Source: Candidatus Dormiibacterota bacterium
Lineage (GTDB): Bacteria > Patescibacteriota > Saccharimonadia > UBA4664 > DATLOE01
DNA: 64,000 nt
Direction of reading: 5' to 3'
Assembly (NCBI GenBank): GCA_035536395.1
Contig: DATLOE010000003.1
Coordinates: 35,713-99,712 of the forward strand
The notes below the pieces were generated by a model, which was not told where the DNA came from, made no database searches, and saw only the letters and a list, made by a program, of their open reading frames with translations. This document shows, piece by piece, positions 29,146-38,251 of this stretch; position 1 is the first letter of the stretch; each line of letters starts with the position of its first letter. A program made the translations under genes and the position numbers.

Positions 29146-30459
29146 TTATTTAGATACTCTTGTCAATAGTTTTCGCCACCAGGGAGCCGGACGCGCTAGA
29201 CGCCCAATTGAGTAGTATTGGAAGATGGCATAAACAGTCAGCACCACCCCTAGGGCCGTAAGCACCTTAGTAACGCTGAAGAGATCAGCCAGGATGCCAG
29301 CAAAAAATACCGGCAGGGTGGCTGCAATATTAACCATCATTCCCAGCGCGCCAAACACCTTACCCCTCGTCTCGTCGGTTGTGGCTTGGTGCAGCATAGT
29401 CTGGGAGGCGGCACTGATCATTGAATGCAGCAGCGCCAATACAAGCAGTAAACCTGCAACCGTCCAGCTCACTACACTGATACTAAAGCCATTGAAGCCG
29501 CCGATATGGCGATAAAGCTGCCCACTAAGACCCAGCATAGTCAGGCCTATGCTGGCCGCTACCAAGCACAAGGCCACAAGCTGCCAAAGGCTAAGACGAC
29601 TGCTCAGATTATTCACTAACATTACCCCCGCTATCAGCCCCAGGCCGGCCGGCAAGAACAACAAGGAGCTTGAATCTGTCAGCGGGATCTTGAGCAGAGC
29701 CAATGACATAGCCGGCGCCAATGCCAGTACGATACCGACTACCGATTGGGTGATAGTAAGCTGTAGAATCGGAAAGTAGAGCTTATGGCTTGCCAGAATC
29801 GTCTGCAGATTCTGCCTGGTTTCGGCCATAACCCTCGAGACATCGTTAGATAGCTTGTGCCTTTTATGGTAGGCGGCCTCCAGCGAAGGCAGCATCAGAT
29901 CAAGCAATGTAGCCGCCAGCCAAAGAATAGCCGCCACCACGTACGGGCCATGCGGGCCTGCCAGCTTTATGGAGAGTGCCGAAGAGCCATAACCGACTAT
30001 GAACGAAGCATACAAGGTTAGTACAAACAGGGCATTGGCCGAGACCAGCAGATTCTTTTTAACCAATCGCGGGATAGAGGCCGCTTCGGCCGGCACAAAG
30101 AACTGGCTGATGGTCGCGATAGCGAAGCTTACAGCCAAGACTAAGAAAAAATTAGTTTCCACTAGAGGGTATGCAAGCACAAGCATAGCCCGGGCAATAT
30201 TAGAAACCACCAGCACCCATTTGCGGTTCCAATAATCAACATAAGCTCCTGCCAGTGGCCCAAACAGAATGGCGGGGATACCAAAGGCCAGCACCAGCAT
30301 TGCCACCGACACGTTAGCGAACTTGGTTTCGGCTGCCAGTTCGAAAACGCGGATGATTAAAGCGAAGAACAGTAAGTTCTGAGCAACCTGAGAGAATATT
30401 TGCGAACCCCAAAGCTTAACGAAGCTTGAGTTGCGCAGCAGCTGCAGATAATTGTTCAC
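29146..30459 (-). CDS. MFS transporter
   Basis: About 12 TM helices; motif A GAYVDYWNRK; FVPAEAASIP. Confidence 0.92.
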   Translation of the reverse strand: MNNYLQLLRNSSFVKLWGSQIFSQVAQNLLFFALIIRVFELAAETKFANVSVAMLVLAFGIPAILFGPLAGAYVDYWNRKWVLVVSNIARAMLVLAYPLVETNFFLVLAVSFAIATISQFFVPAEAASIPRLVKKNLLVSANALFVLTLYASFIVGYGSSALSIKLAGPHGPYVVAAILWLAATLLDLMLPSLEAAYHKRHKLSNDVSRVMAETRQNLQTILASHKLYFPILQLTITQSVVGIVLALAPAMSLALLKIPLTDSSSLLFLPAGLGLIAGVMLVNNLSSRLSLWQLVALCLVAASIGLTMLGLSGQLYRHIGGFNGFSISVVSWTVAGLLLVLALLHSMISAASQTMLHQATTDETRGKVFGALGMMVNIAATLPVFFAGILADLFSVTKVLTALGVVLTVYAIFQYYSIGRLARPAPWWRKLLTRVSK

Positions 30460-30539
30460 CGGTATCCTTAAGTTTATTGATTAAGCTTAATATAGAGCGC
30501 CCACTGCCTGGTGTCGAGTACCTTGAGCCAGATAAGCTC

Positions 30540-31154
30540 TTATCCCCTCTTAACGACTATGTTGTCTATGAGGCCATATTTTTTGGCCTCATCTGCCCCC
30601 ATGTAAAAGTCACGGTCGGTATCCCCGTGAATCTTTTCAATAGGCTGACCTGTGGCGATAGCTAAAATTTTATTAATCCTCTCCCTAAACCCAAGCGCCT
30701 CACGGGCCGAAATTTCTATATCAGCTGTAGTGCCAGAGAATGCTGAAGACGGCTGGTGCATCATTATGCGGGCATTAGCTAGCGCCGAGCGCTTGCCTTT
30801 GGCGCCGCCGGCAAGCAGTACTGCACCCATACTCATGGCCATACCGACGCAAACAGTTGCAACATTGGGCTTAATGAAGTTCATCGTATCAAGTATGGCC
30901 ATACCGGCATACACTGAGCCTCCCGGGCTATTAATGTAGAGCTCGATATCTTTTTTGGGGTCTTCGCTTTCTAAAAAAAGCAGTTGGGCAATAACAAGGT
31001 TGGCAACAGTTTCATCTATCTCGCTGCCTAGGAAGATAATACGTTCTTTCAGCAGGCGAGAATAAATGTCATAGGCCCTCTCGCCCATGGCAGTCTTTTC
31101 TATAACAGTCGGAATTAGAATTTGATTCCTAAGGTTGTTGTCTGACATTGCCAT
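30540..31154 (-). CDS. clpP: ATP-dependent Clp protease proteolytic subunit
   Basis: [22 protein letters not shown], catalytic Ser in AMSMGA, His in MHQP. Confidence 0.98.
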   Translation of the reverse strand: MAMSDNNLRNQILIPTVIEKTAMGERAYDIYSRLLKERIIFLGSEIDETVANLVIAQLLFLESEDPKKDIELYINSPGGSVYAGMAILDTMNFIKPNVATVCVGMAMSMGAVLLAGGAKGKRSALANARIMMHQPSSAFSGTTADIEISAREALGFRERINKILAIATGQPIEKIHGDTDRDFYMGADEAKKYGLIDNIVVKRG

Positions 31155-31160
31155 CTCCTT

Positions 31161-31187
31161 TTAGCACTCGCTGCTTACGACTGCCAA
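31161..31187. promoter_or_regulatory. CIRCE element (HrcA operator)
   Basis: TTAGCACTC-N9-GACTGCCAA versus consensus TTAGCACTC-N9-GAGTGCTAA (16/18), between TATAAT and the clpP SD. Confidence 0.85.
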
Positions 31188-31197
31188 TATTATAAGT

Positions 31198-32475
31198 TTA
31201 TTTGGAGGCGTATTCAACCAAACAGCGGACTGTTTTAGCCGTCATTAAGTGGTTATAAATATCTTCTTTCACCTTCTCGCTCTCCAGCTCTTTCTGCATA
31301 GTGCTATCGGTATAGCGCTGCTTGAGTAGCGTCAGCTCGGCTTCTATTTCCTCCGGGCTTACCTTTAGGTTTTCTCTAGCGGCCACTTCGCGTAGCACTA
31401 AAGCCAATGCCAACCGGCGCTCGGCCTCGGGCTTTAGTTCGGCCTCCATCTCTTCGGCTGTTTTATTCTGCAGCTTAAGGTACTTTTGCATATCCAGGCC
31501 GCTGGTGGCCAATCTCTGCTCTAGCTCGCTCTTGAGTCGATCCACCTGGTGCGAAAGCAAATGCTGAGGCAGGGTAAGCTTGCTCGCTTTTACGATTTCT
31601 TCTAGCAGTTCATTCTCATACTGGCGATTGGCCTCTTGCTCAGCCTCAACCTTCAGCTGATCCTTAATGTCTTTTGTAAGTTCGTCTACGTTCTTAAACG
31701 GGCCGACTTCGGCAGCAAATTTATCGTTAAGCTCCGGCAAGGCAAGTTCTGTAACTTCGTGCAGGGTAATAGCAAACTCCACTGGCTTACCTGCCAGCTC
31801 CTTTTGGTGGTAATCCTTGGGAAAAGTAATGGTAAAGGTTTTTTCGGCTTTTGGCGCTAGACCCACCAGCTCCTCCTCAAAGCCAGGAATAAACTGGTTT
31901 GAGCCAAGCTTTAAGGTGTGGTTTTTGGCGGTCGCCCCCTCCACCGGCTTGCCGTCCTTGGTGCCCGCAAAATCAAACAGCACTTCATCGCCGGTTTTAG
32001 CGGCACGATCAACTTTATTGCGCTTGGCCATGCGGCGGCGGAGATCTTCGATCACTTCCTGCAGTTTGTCGTCTTCTATCTTAACTTGGGGCTTAGCCAT
32101 TTTTATCTTGGTGTAATCGGGCAGTTTTACAGCCGGCAGAATCTCTACCTTGGCCTCAAACTCCAGCTCGGTGTAGGGTACGAATTTTTTAATTTGAATA
32201 TCCGGGTGGCCGATAGCGGCAATCTTGGCATCTTCTAAGGCGTGGCCATAATAGTGATTAATAGCCGTCTGTATCACCTCACTCTGAACGGTGGCAGCAC
32301 CAACCTCGCGCTCCACGATATTGTCGGGAGCTTTACCGGGGCGAAAGCCCGCCGCCTTAACGCCAGCGCGCAAGTGGTTAATGACACCGGTATGCTCTTT
32401 TTTCAGCTGGGTCTCGCTGACTTTGATCAGCAAAGTAACTTCGGTCTCGCTTTTTTTGATGATTTCAGAACTCAT
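31198..32475 (-). CDS. tig: trigger factor
   Basis: GFRPGKAP signature, FKBP domain FIPGFEEEL; ATG 32475 preferred. Confidence 0.97.
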   Translation of the reverse strand: MSSEIIKKSETEVTLLIKVSETQLKKEHTGVINHLRAGVKAAGFRPGKAPDNIVEREVGAATVQSEVIQTAINHYYGHALEDAKIAAIGHPDIQIKKFVPYTELEFEAKVEILPAVKLPDYTKIKMAKPQVKIEDDKLQEVIEDLRRRMAKRNKVDRAAKTGDEVLFDFAGTKDGKPVEGATAKNHTLKLGSNQFIPGFEEELVGLAPKAEKTFTITFPKDYHQKELAGKPVEFAITLHEVTELALPELNDKFAAEVGPFKNVDELTKDIKDQLKVEAEQEANRQYENELLEEIVKASKLTLPQHLLSHQVDRLKSELEQRLATSGLDMQKYLKLQNKTAEEMEAELKPEAERRLALALVLREVAARENLKVSPEEIEAELTLLKQRYTDSTMQKELESEKVKEDIYNHLMTAKTVRCLVEYASK

Positions 32476-32520
32476 AGCTGCGTATTGTAGCAAAGCTAAG
32501 CCAAAATGTCATCGGCACAA

Positions 32521-32553
32521 AGAAAAAGACCCGCACCGTTTTGGTGCGGGTCT
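32521..32553 (-). terminator. intrinsic terminator
   Basis: AGACCCGCACC/GGTGCGGGTCT stem plus T-tract. Confidence 0.85.
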
Positions 32554-32944
32554 ATGCCCTGGCTGGAATAAAGCGGCCATCTGAGAAAAAGCCGTGACTG
32601 CCTTCGCATGGCCTGAAAAACCACTTGTCTTCATTGCAGTCGATCGATTCATAGACCACGCCCATCTCATCGGACTGCAGGTCGTAGCCGATACCGATCG
32701 CAAGATACAAACCGCCCTTTTTGTGCTCCCAGAGCAAGGTCTCAAGCAAGCGTACTGAATAGCGGTAAAAATTATCCCGAACGGTCAGCTTCTCTCGGTC
32801 GATGTCCTCGGTATGAAGGTAAACCAGGTAATCATGATCTGCGCCCTTGTGGACGGCTTGGCGGCTTTTGTTGCCGAACTCAACTGTAACTGTAAAGAAC
32901 AGCAATGATCTGTGCGGCACCTCCATCCTTTCCCTAGTTTTCAA
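32552..32944 (-). CDS. hypothetical protein
   Basis: 130-aa ORF with own terminator; start may be ATG 32926. Confidence 0.6.
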   Translation of the reverse strand: MKTRERMEVPHRSLLFFTVTVEFGNKSRQAVHKGADHDYLVYLHTEDIDREKLTVRDNFYRYSVRLLETLLWEHKKGGLYLAIGIGYDLQSDEMGVVYESIDCNEDKWFFRPCEGSHGFFSDGRFIPARA

Positions 32945-33040
32945 GGCCTAGATATTTCACCACAAAGCGATTTTTTAATCAATTGGCGGATTAAAAAGAA
33001 AAAGGCCCAGAGAAAAAGCGTACCTTCTTCCTTGGGCCCG

Positions 33041-33373
33041 TTAGCCTGGAAACATTGAGTTATGATGAGCCTTGCCGGCTCTACGATACTCAATTGCCTC
33101 AGGCGGTACTTCGGCATCTATAAAGCCAGCCTCTATGAGCATATCAATGCTATCCATAGCATTCATGACAAAGTAGGCTTGATCATTTTTTATCAGATCG
33201 TCATTCCTCCAGGGAAGGGAATCCCACGTGTAGCCGATTCTTTCGGCATTGTGACGGGCGAGAGCGAGTACTGCTTTGTTGCGCTTGGTATCACTCTGGC
33301 GAACTGCCTCTATGGCAATCCTAATGGTAGATGAAGCTTCTTGAAAAAAAGACCGATCTACAACTTCTCCCAT
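33041..33373 (-). CDS. hypothetical protein
   Basis: SD GAAGG; GGGCCCA...TGGGCCTTTTT terminator right after stop. Confidence 0.65.
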   Translation of the reverse strand: MGEVVDRSFFQEASSTIRIAIEAVRQSDTKRNKAVLALARHNAERIGYTWDSLPWRNDDLIKNDQAYFVMNAMDSIDMLIEAGFIDAEVPPEAIEYRRAGKAHHNSMFPG

Positions 33374-33457
33374 AACCCAACCTTCTTTGTAGATGTGCTA
33401 GAAGTAGACAAGGTTAGTAAACCAGTATAAGAACTGTCTTGCAAGTATAAATCTAAT

Positions 33458-33541
33458 TGGTGGGGATGAAAGGACTTGAACCTTCACGCCTTGCGGCACT
33501 AGTTCCTAAAACTAGCGTGTCTACCATTCCACCACATCCCC
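33458..33541 (-). tRNA. tRNA-Leu (anticodon TAG)
   Basis: GGGGATG/CATCCCC acceptor stem with encoded CCA, CTAGT-TTTAGGA-ACTAG anticodon arm, long variable arm, GGTTCAAGTCC T-arm. Confidence 0.97.
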
Positions 33542-33544
33542 GCA

Positions 33545-34090
33545 TCAGCTTGAACGGTTGTAGAAACTCAGGGCTGAATCGCCATAAGTTTTTGTCTTTT
33601 CAAGCTCTAATGATTTTACATCAGGAGAGGGCTGCCTGCTAGAGTGCGAAACGACCATTTGCCCACCAGCGAGTAAAAAACCTGCCAGCTGGCCCAGAAT
33701 GCCGACGTCCAGCTTATCGTAAGGCGGATCGGCCGTAATCAGATTATAGCGCGGTGCCGGCTGCTGCTGCTCCGGGAACTTCAGCCACCGCTCTACTCCG
33801 GCCTTATAAAGATGAAAATCGGCCGCCACACCTAGTTCTGAAACGTTCTTTAGAATAACAGCCTGCGCCTGCCCACCCGTCTCTAGCGCGTCCACGCTAC
33901 TGGCGCCACGGCTAAGAGCCTCCAATCCAATCGCCCCACTGCCGGCATACACGTCTAGCACAACAAAACCGGTAACATCTCCCAGGGCATCAAACATAGC
34001 ACCGCGCACTTTGTCGGCCATAGGCCTGGTGGCCATGCCTGCCGGGGCCGACAAACTCCGGCTGCCAAACTTACCGGCTATTATCCTCAC
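33545..34090 (-). CDS. rsmD: 16S rRNA m2G966 methyltransferase
   Basis: MRIIAG, TRP, LDVYAGSGAIGLEALSRGA, DPPY. Confidence 0.95.
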   Translation of the reverse strand: MRIIAGKFGSRSLSAPAGMATRPMADKVRGAMFDALGDVTGFVVLDVYAGSGAIGLEALSRGASSVDALETGGQAQAVILKNVSELGVAADFHLYKAGVERWLKFPEQQQPAPRYNLITADPPYDKLDVGILGQLAGFLLAGGQMVVSHSSRQPSPDVKSLELEKTKTYGDSALSFYNRSS

Positions 34091-34091
34091 G

Positions 34092-34949
34092 CTAGACCCT
34101 GACTGCTACTCTGGGTGCTGGTTTAGATTTAAGCTTTACGGTAGCGGTTTTCTGCTGAGCTTCAAGGTAGGCCAGCAGCCAAATGACGCCAATCGTATGA
34201 ACCGTTTGCGGCGAGAGACGGTGCTTAACCAATCTAGCCACCCTTGAGTTCCAACCCGTCTCATAAAAGGTTTCGTATATGTGAAGACTGGCAATATCTC
34301 GCGATTCTTGTTTAAAGAACTCGATCGGGCCAATCTGCCTGGCGCGAGCTAATTTTGCCGGATCGAGCTTAACCCGCAGCCGGGTGCCGAACATAGCCAT
34401 GACTACACCCATTTCAAAATTAAAGTGAGTGGTCAGCAGCCCTTTGCCGCCCCAAATAGCCCAGCCTTTCCGGAATATATCACGCGGTGCCTCACCCCGT
34501 ACAAAGACTTTGTGTTTAAAAAAGCTGGAATTGGGGTTTTTTACCTTGGAGGAGTGCTCGGCAATCTTTTCTTCTAGCGGAAAGTGGTGGGCAGGGGTCA
34601 GACCGTCGCAAATGTAATGACCCATCCAGGCCGCCTCAAAAGCCGCCCTTACTAAATCTTCTTTTGCCAAGGCATCAACCAATACTCGGTAATGCCCCAA
34701 GATATTCTCTGGAATCGGCCCCACATCGGTGCTGGGGTTATAGAGATGCCCTGGCTCCTGCCGGCCGGGCGATTTTACCTTTAGACCGTCTGGGCCATTG
34801 ATACCTTCAAAATGCAATATTTGCTTGAGCGGTGGAAATGTATCTTCCTTAAGGTAAGAACGAATCATTTCATAGGCTGCTGTATCGAACTTTTGGTGAA
34901 TGCCAATACTAGAGACCGCCTTGCGTGATGTAACGAATCCTGAATACAT
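34092..34949 (-). CDS. hypothetical protein, possible zinc-dependent phospholipase C/P1-nuclease fold
   Basis: Spaced His/Asp residues (HQKFD, GPD, GHY, GHYICDGLTPAHH, HFNFE); fold assignment is inference. Confidence 0.7.
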   Translation of the reverse strand: MYSGFVTSRKAVSSIGIHQKFDTAAYEMIRSYLKEDTFPPLKQILHFEGINGPDGLKVKSPGRQEPGHLYNPSTDVGPIPENILGHYRVLVDALAKEDLVRAAFEAAWMGHYICDGLTPAHHFPLEEKIAEHSSKVKNPNSSFFKHKVFVRGEAPRDIFRKGWAIWGGKGLLTTHFNFEMGVVMAMFGTRLRVKLDPAKLARARQIGPIEFFKQESRDIASLHIYETFYETGWNSRVARLVKHRLSPQTVHTIGVIWLLAYLEAQQKTATVKLKSKPAPRVAVRV

Positions 34950-34959
34950 TTAATGCCCC

Positions 34960-36996
34960 TTAATCGAGCGATGTCATCGCTTTTAAGCGATTGATGCGCT
35001 CTAAAACTATTGGGTATTGTAGCATGGCCTGAGGCTCGGCCACAAAGTCGGCCGTAATGTTACGCACGCTGGCTACCAGCTTCGTATCGCTCAAATCAGC
35101 CAAGCGCAGGTCTAATATGCCGTGCTGCTTTTGGCCGTAAATCTCCCCCGGTCCGCGCAACTCAAGATCAATCTGAGCAAGTCTGAAACCATCCTGGGTC
35201 CTCTCTAGTGCCTGCAAACGGCGAAATGCGTCACCACCCTCAGTACCCGTAAACAGCAAACAGTATGAGCTATGCGTACCGCGCCCGATACGACCTCGCA
35301 GCTGATGCAGAGCGGCCAGGCCAAAACGCTCCGCACCTTCCACTAGCATAATGCTGGCATTGGGGATATCTACTCCAACCTCAATCACACTGGTAGCCAC
35401 CAATATATCAAGCTTGCCATCTGCAAACCGCCCCATAACGGCATCGCGCTCCGCTGGCTTAAGCCTGCCATGCACCACACCAATCCGGCGATGCTTAAAT
35501 GGCCCCTTGGCCAACCTCTCGGCCTCGGCCGTTACGCTTTTGGCCTCTAGTACATGCGAATCTTCAATCAGCGGGCAGACTACAAACATCTGCCGGCCGC
35601 GGGCGAGCTGAGTATCAATGAATTTATACGCACTGTCTCTTTTATCCGGTTCCACCAGCTTAGTGGCCACACTTTTTCGCCCCGGTGGCATTTCATCTAT
35701 AACCGAAATATCCAGATCGCCATACACAGTCAGCGCCAGGCTTCTGGGTATAGGGGTGGCCGTCATGCTTAAAAGGTGCGGCAGGCAGCCGGCTTTAGTT
35801 TTAAGCGTCTGTCGCTGAGACACACCAAAGCGATGTTGCTCGTCTATAATCACCAGCCCCAGGTTGGCAAAACTAACACCCTCTGATAGAAGAGCATGCG
35901 TACCGATAGTAAGATGAGCTGTGCCGCTGGCCAACTGTTTATTTGCTTCTTGCTTGGCTTTAGCCGTTTGACTGCCTACTAGTAGTACCGTCTGGTACCC
36001 CAGCCGTTTTAGTAGGGGTGTCAGCCTGGCAAAATGCTGTTTGGCTAGGATTTCGGTCGGCACCATCAGAGCAGCTTGAAGCCCACCGGCCATTGCCATG
36101 GTAGCAGCCAGGGCCGCTACAGCCGTCTTACCGCTACCTACATCACCCTCTAGCAAGCGATTCATCGGCCGCTCTCCAGACATATCCTGCAGAATCTGCC
36201 AGGCGGCCTTGCGCTGGGCATCGGTTAAATCGAAGTCTTGCGCGGCAGTAAACTTCTTTGCCACGTCAGCATCCAGGGGTATCACAGGAGCCTGCTCAGT
36301 CTTAATTTCACTTTTTATAATTAGGCTAGCGGCAATAACGTAGAACAGTTCTTCAAACGCAAAGCGGCGACGGGCCTGCTCTAATTTCTGCCGACTAGAG
36401 GGCGCGTGGATTTCGGTTAAGGCCTCACCAAATGGCGCAAGCTTACCGGCTTTTAGGATTTCTGCGGGCAGAGTCTCTGGCAGCTCTCTGGCGCGATGCA
36501 AAAGCGGCATAATAAAACCCCTGAGCTGTTTTGAGGTAAGCCCTTCTGTTTCAGGGTAAATCGGCACAATGCGAGCCGTATGCTTTGGGTCACCATTATC
36601 TTCTTCTATAGCCGGGCTTTGCAGTGCCAGGTCACTGTTCTTAAACTCCAGCTTTCCCGAAACAAGCACCCGCTTGCCGGGAGGGAAGCTACGGGTAAGG
36701 TACGGTTGGTTGAACCACACAACCTTTACCGTACCGGTCTCGTCTGTAAGGATTGCCTCGGTAATAGACAGCCGGCGACTGCGCGCCCGGCGGTTAGCAA
36801 TGGCAACCACCTCGGCCCGGAAAGTTACAAGGCCCGGCCGCATTGAGCGGATTGGAATAATATTAGAAAAATCATCATAACGGCGAGGGTAGTGATTCAG
36901 CAGTTCGCCAACAGTTGTAATTTTAAGGCGGGCAAGTCTTTTTACCGCTAGCGGCCCGACACCCTTCAAGGTTTCTACCGAGCGGTCTAAATACAT
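34960..36996 (-). CDS. recG: ATP-dependent DNA helicase RecG
   Basis: GDVGSGKT, DEQHRFG, TATPIPRSL, QLRGRIGRG. Confidence 0.98.
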   Translation of the reverse strand: MYLDRSVETLKGVGPLAVKRLARLKITTVGELLNHYPRRYDDFSNIIPIRSMRPGLVTFRAEVVAIANRRARSRRLSITEAILTDETGTVKVVWFNQPYLTRSFPPGKRVLVSGKLEFKNSDLALQSPAIEEDNGDPKHTARIVPIYPETEGLTSKQLRGFIMPLLHRARELPETLPAEILKAGKLAPFGEALTEIHAPSSRQKLEQARRRFAFEELFYVIAASLIIKSEIKTEQAPVIPLDADVAKKFTAAQDFDLTDAQRKAAWQILQDMSGERPMNRLLEGDVGSGKTAVAALAATMAMAGGLQAALMVPTEILAKQHFARLTPLLKRLGYQTVLLVGSQTAKAKQEANKQLASGTAHLTIGTHALLSEGVSFANLGLVIIDEQHRFGVSQRQTLKTKAGCLPHLLSMTATPIPRSLALTVYGDLDISVIDEMPPGRKSVATKLVEPDKRDSAYKFIDTQLARGRQMFVVCPLIEDSHVLEAKSVTAEAERLAKGPFKHRRIGVVHGRLKPAERDAVMGRFADGKLDILVATSVIEVGVDIPNASIMLVEGAERFGLAALHQLRGRIGRGTHSSYCLLFTGTEGGDAFRRLQALERTQDGFRLAQIDLELRGPGEIYGQKQHGILDLRLADLSDTKLVASVRNITADFVAEPQAMLQYPIVLERINRLKAMTSLD

Positions 36997-36997
36997 G

Positions 36998-38164
36998 CTA
37001 GCTCAGGTGCAGTTTGACGAACCGGCGCTTGCCGACCTGAACGATATCACCATCACCTACCTTGACGTTATCCGCGTCTATAGTCTGGCCTGCAATTTTA
37101 ACGCCCTTTTGGCTTATCAGGCGCCTGGCCTCCGATTTACTGCTGGCAAGACCCAACCCAACCAGCAGCTCTGCCGGGTCCCAAGCAGCTTTAGTAATCT
37201 TCTCTTCCGTAATATCCTCGGGGGCCTGTTTATCTCTGAACTGTTTATTAAACCCTTCCTCGGCACCTGCTGCCTCCTTCTCTCCGTGATACTGCCTGAC
37301 TATTTCGCGGGCCAGGGAGGCTTTGGTATCACGCGGATTGGCCCCCGCCGCAATATCGGCTATGACTTGCTTAATTACATTCATAGGAACATCAGTGCAA
37401 AGCTCATAATATGAGCCGACCAAAGCATCTGGCAGGCTCATCACTTTACCGTACATATCAGCAGGCGTATCGGTAATCCCTATGTAGTTTCCAAAGGATT
37501 TGCTCATCTTCTGTACGCCATCAGTACCTACCAGCAAGGGGCACATTACTATCTGCTGTGGCCTCTGCCCCAGTTTTTTCTGCAAATTGCGGGCGGCCAG
37601 CATATTAAAACGCTGATCGGTGCCACCAAACTCCACATCGGCCTCTAGGCATACTGAATCATAGGCCTGCATCAATGGATAGAGGATTTCATGGAGGGAG
37701 ATTTCTACTCCTTGCTTTAAGCGGGTTTTAAAGTCATCGCGCTCGATGATTTGGGCAACTGTAAACTTACCGGCCAGCTCTAGCAATTTTGCTAAGTCGA
37801 GCTTATCTAGCCATTCGCTATTACGCCGTATTTCCGCCTTCTTAAGATCCAGGATTTTACCGACTTGTGCCAGATAAGTCTTGGCATTAGCTTCAATTTC
37901 TTTGTCTGAAAGCACCGGCCGGGTTTTGTTTATACCGGAGGGATCCCCTACTCTGGCAGTCGCGTCTCCGATTAGAAAAATAACCGTATGGCCCTGGTCC
38001 TGAAATTGGCGCAGCTTTCGCAAAACCACGGCATGGCCCAAGTGAATATCGGGGCTAGTGGGGTCTACTCCCAACTTCAATCGCATTTTTTTGCCCTTTA
38101 GGGCACGGGTCAGCTCAGCCTCTGTAATGACTTCGCTGATGCCTCGAGAAATAAGTTCATTCAT
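36998..38164 (-). CDS. tyrS: tyrosine--tRNA ligase
   Basis: GVDPTSPDIHLGH, GGTDQ, KMSKS, C-terminal S4 domain; ATG 38164 preferred over track start. Confidence 0.97.
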   Translation of the reverse strand: MNELISRGISEVITEAELTRALKGKKMRLKLGVDPTSPDIHLGHAVVLRKLRQFQDQGHTVIFLIGDATARVGDPSGINKTRPVLSDKEIEANAKTYLAQVGKILDLKKAEIRRNSEWLDKLDLAKLLELAGKFTVAQIIERDDFKTRLKQGVEISLHEILYPLMQAYDSVCLEADVEFGGTDQRFNMLAARNLQKKLGQRPQQIVMCPLLVGTDGVQKMSKSFGNYIGITDTPADMYGKVMSLPDALVGSYYELCTDVPMNVIKQVIADIAAGANPRDTKASLAREIVRQYHGEKEAAGAEEGFNKQFRDKQAPEDITEEKITKAAWDPAELLVGLGLASSKSEARRLISQKGVKIAGQTIDADNVKVGDGDIVQVGKRRFVKLHLS

Positions 38165-38251
38165 TCTAACAATATACCATAAGGAATAACCGGTGGTCTG
38201 GGAACCCAAGAAAACCTCGACTAGAGCAAGCGCAAACATTATAATACTGCT

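Noticed and set aside
32552-33541. Integrative element at tRNA-Leu carrying two orphan genes
   Set aside because: No integrase and no duplicated tRNA 3' end found downstream.
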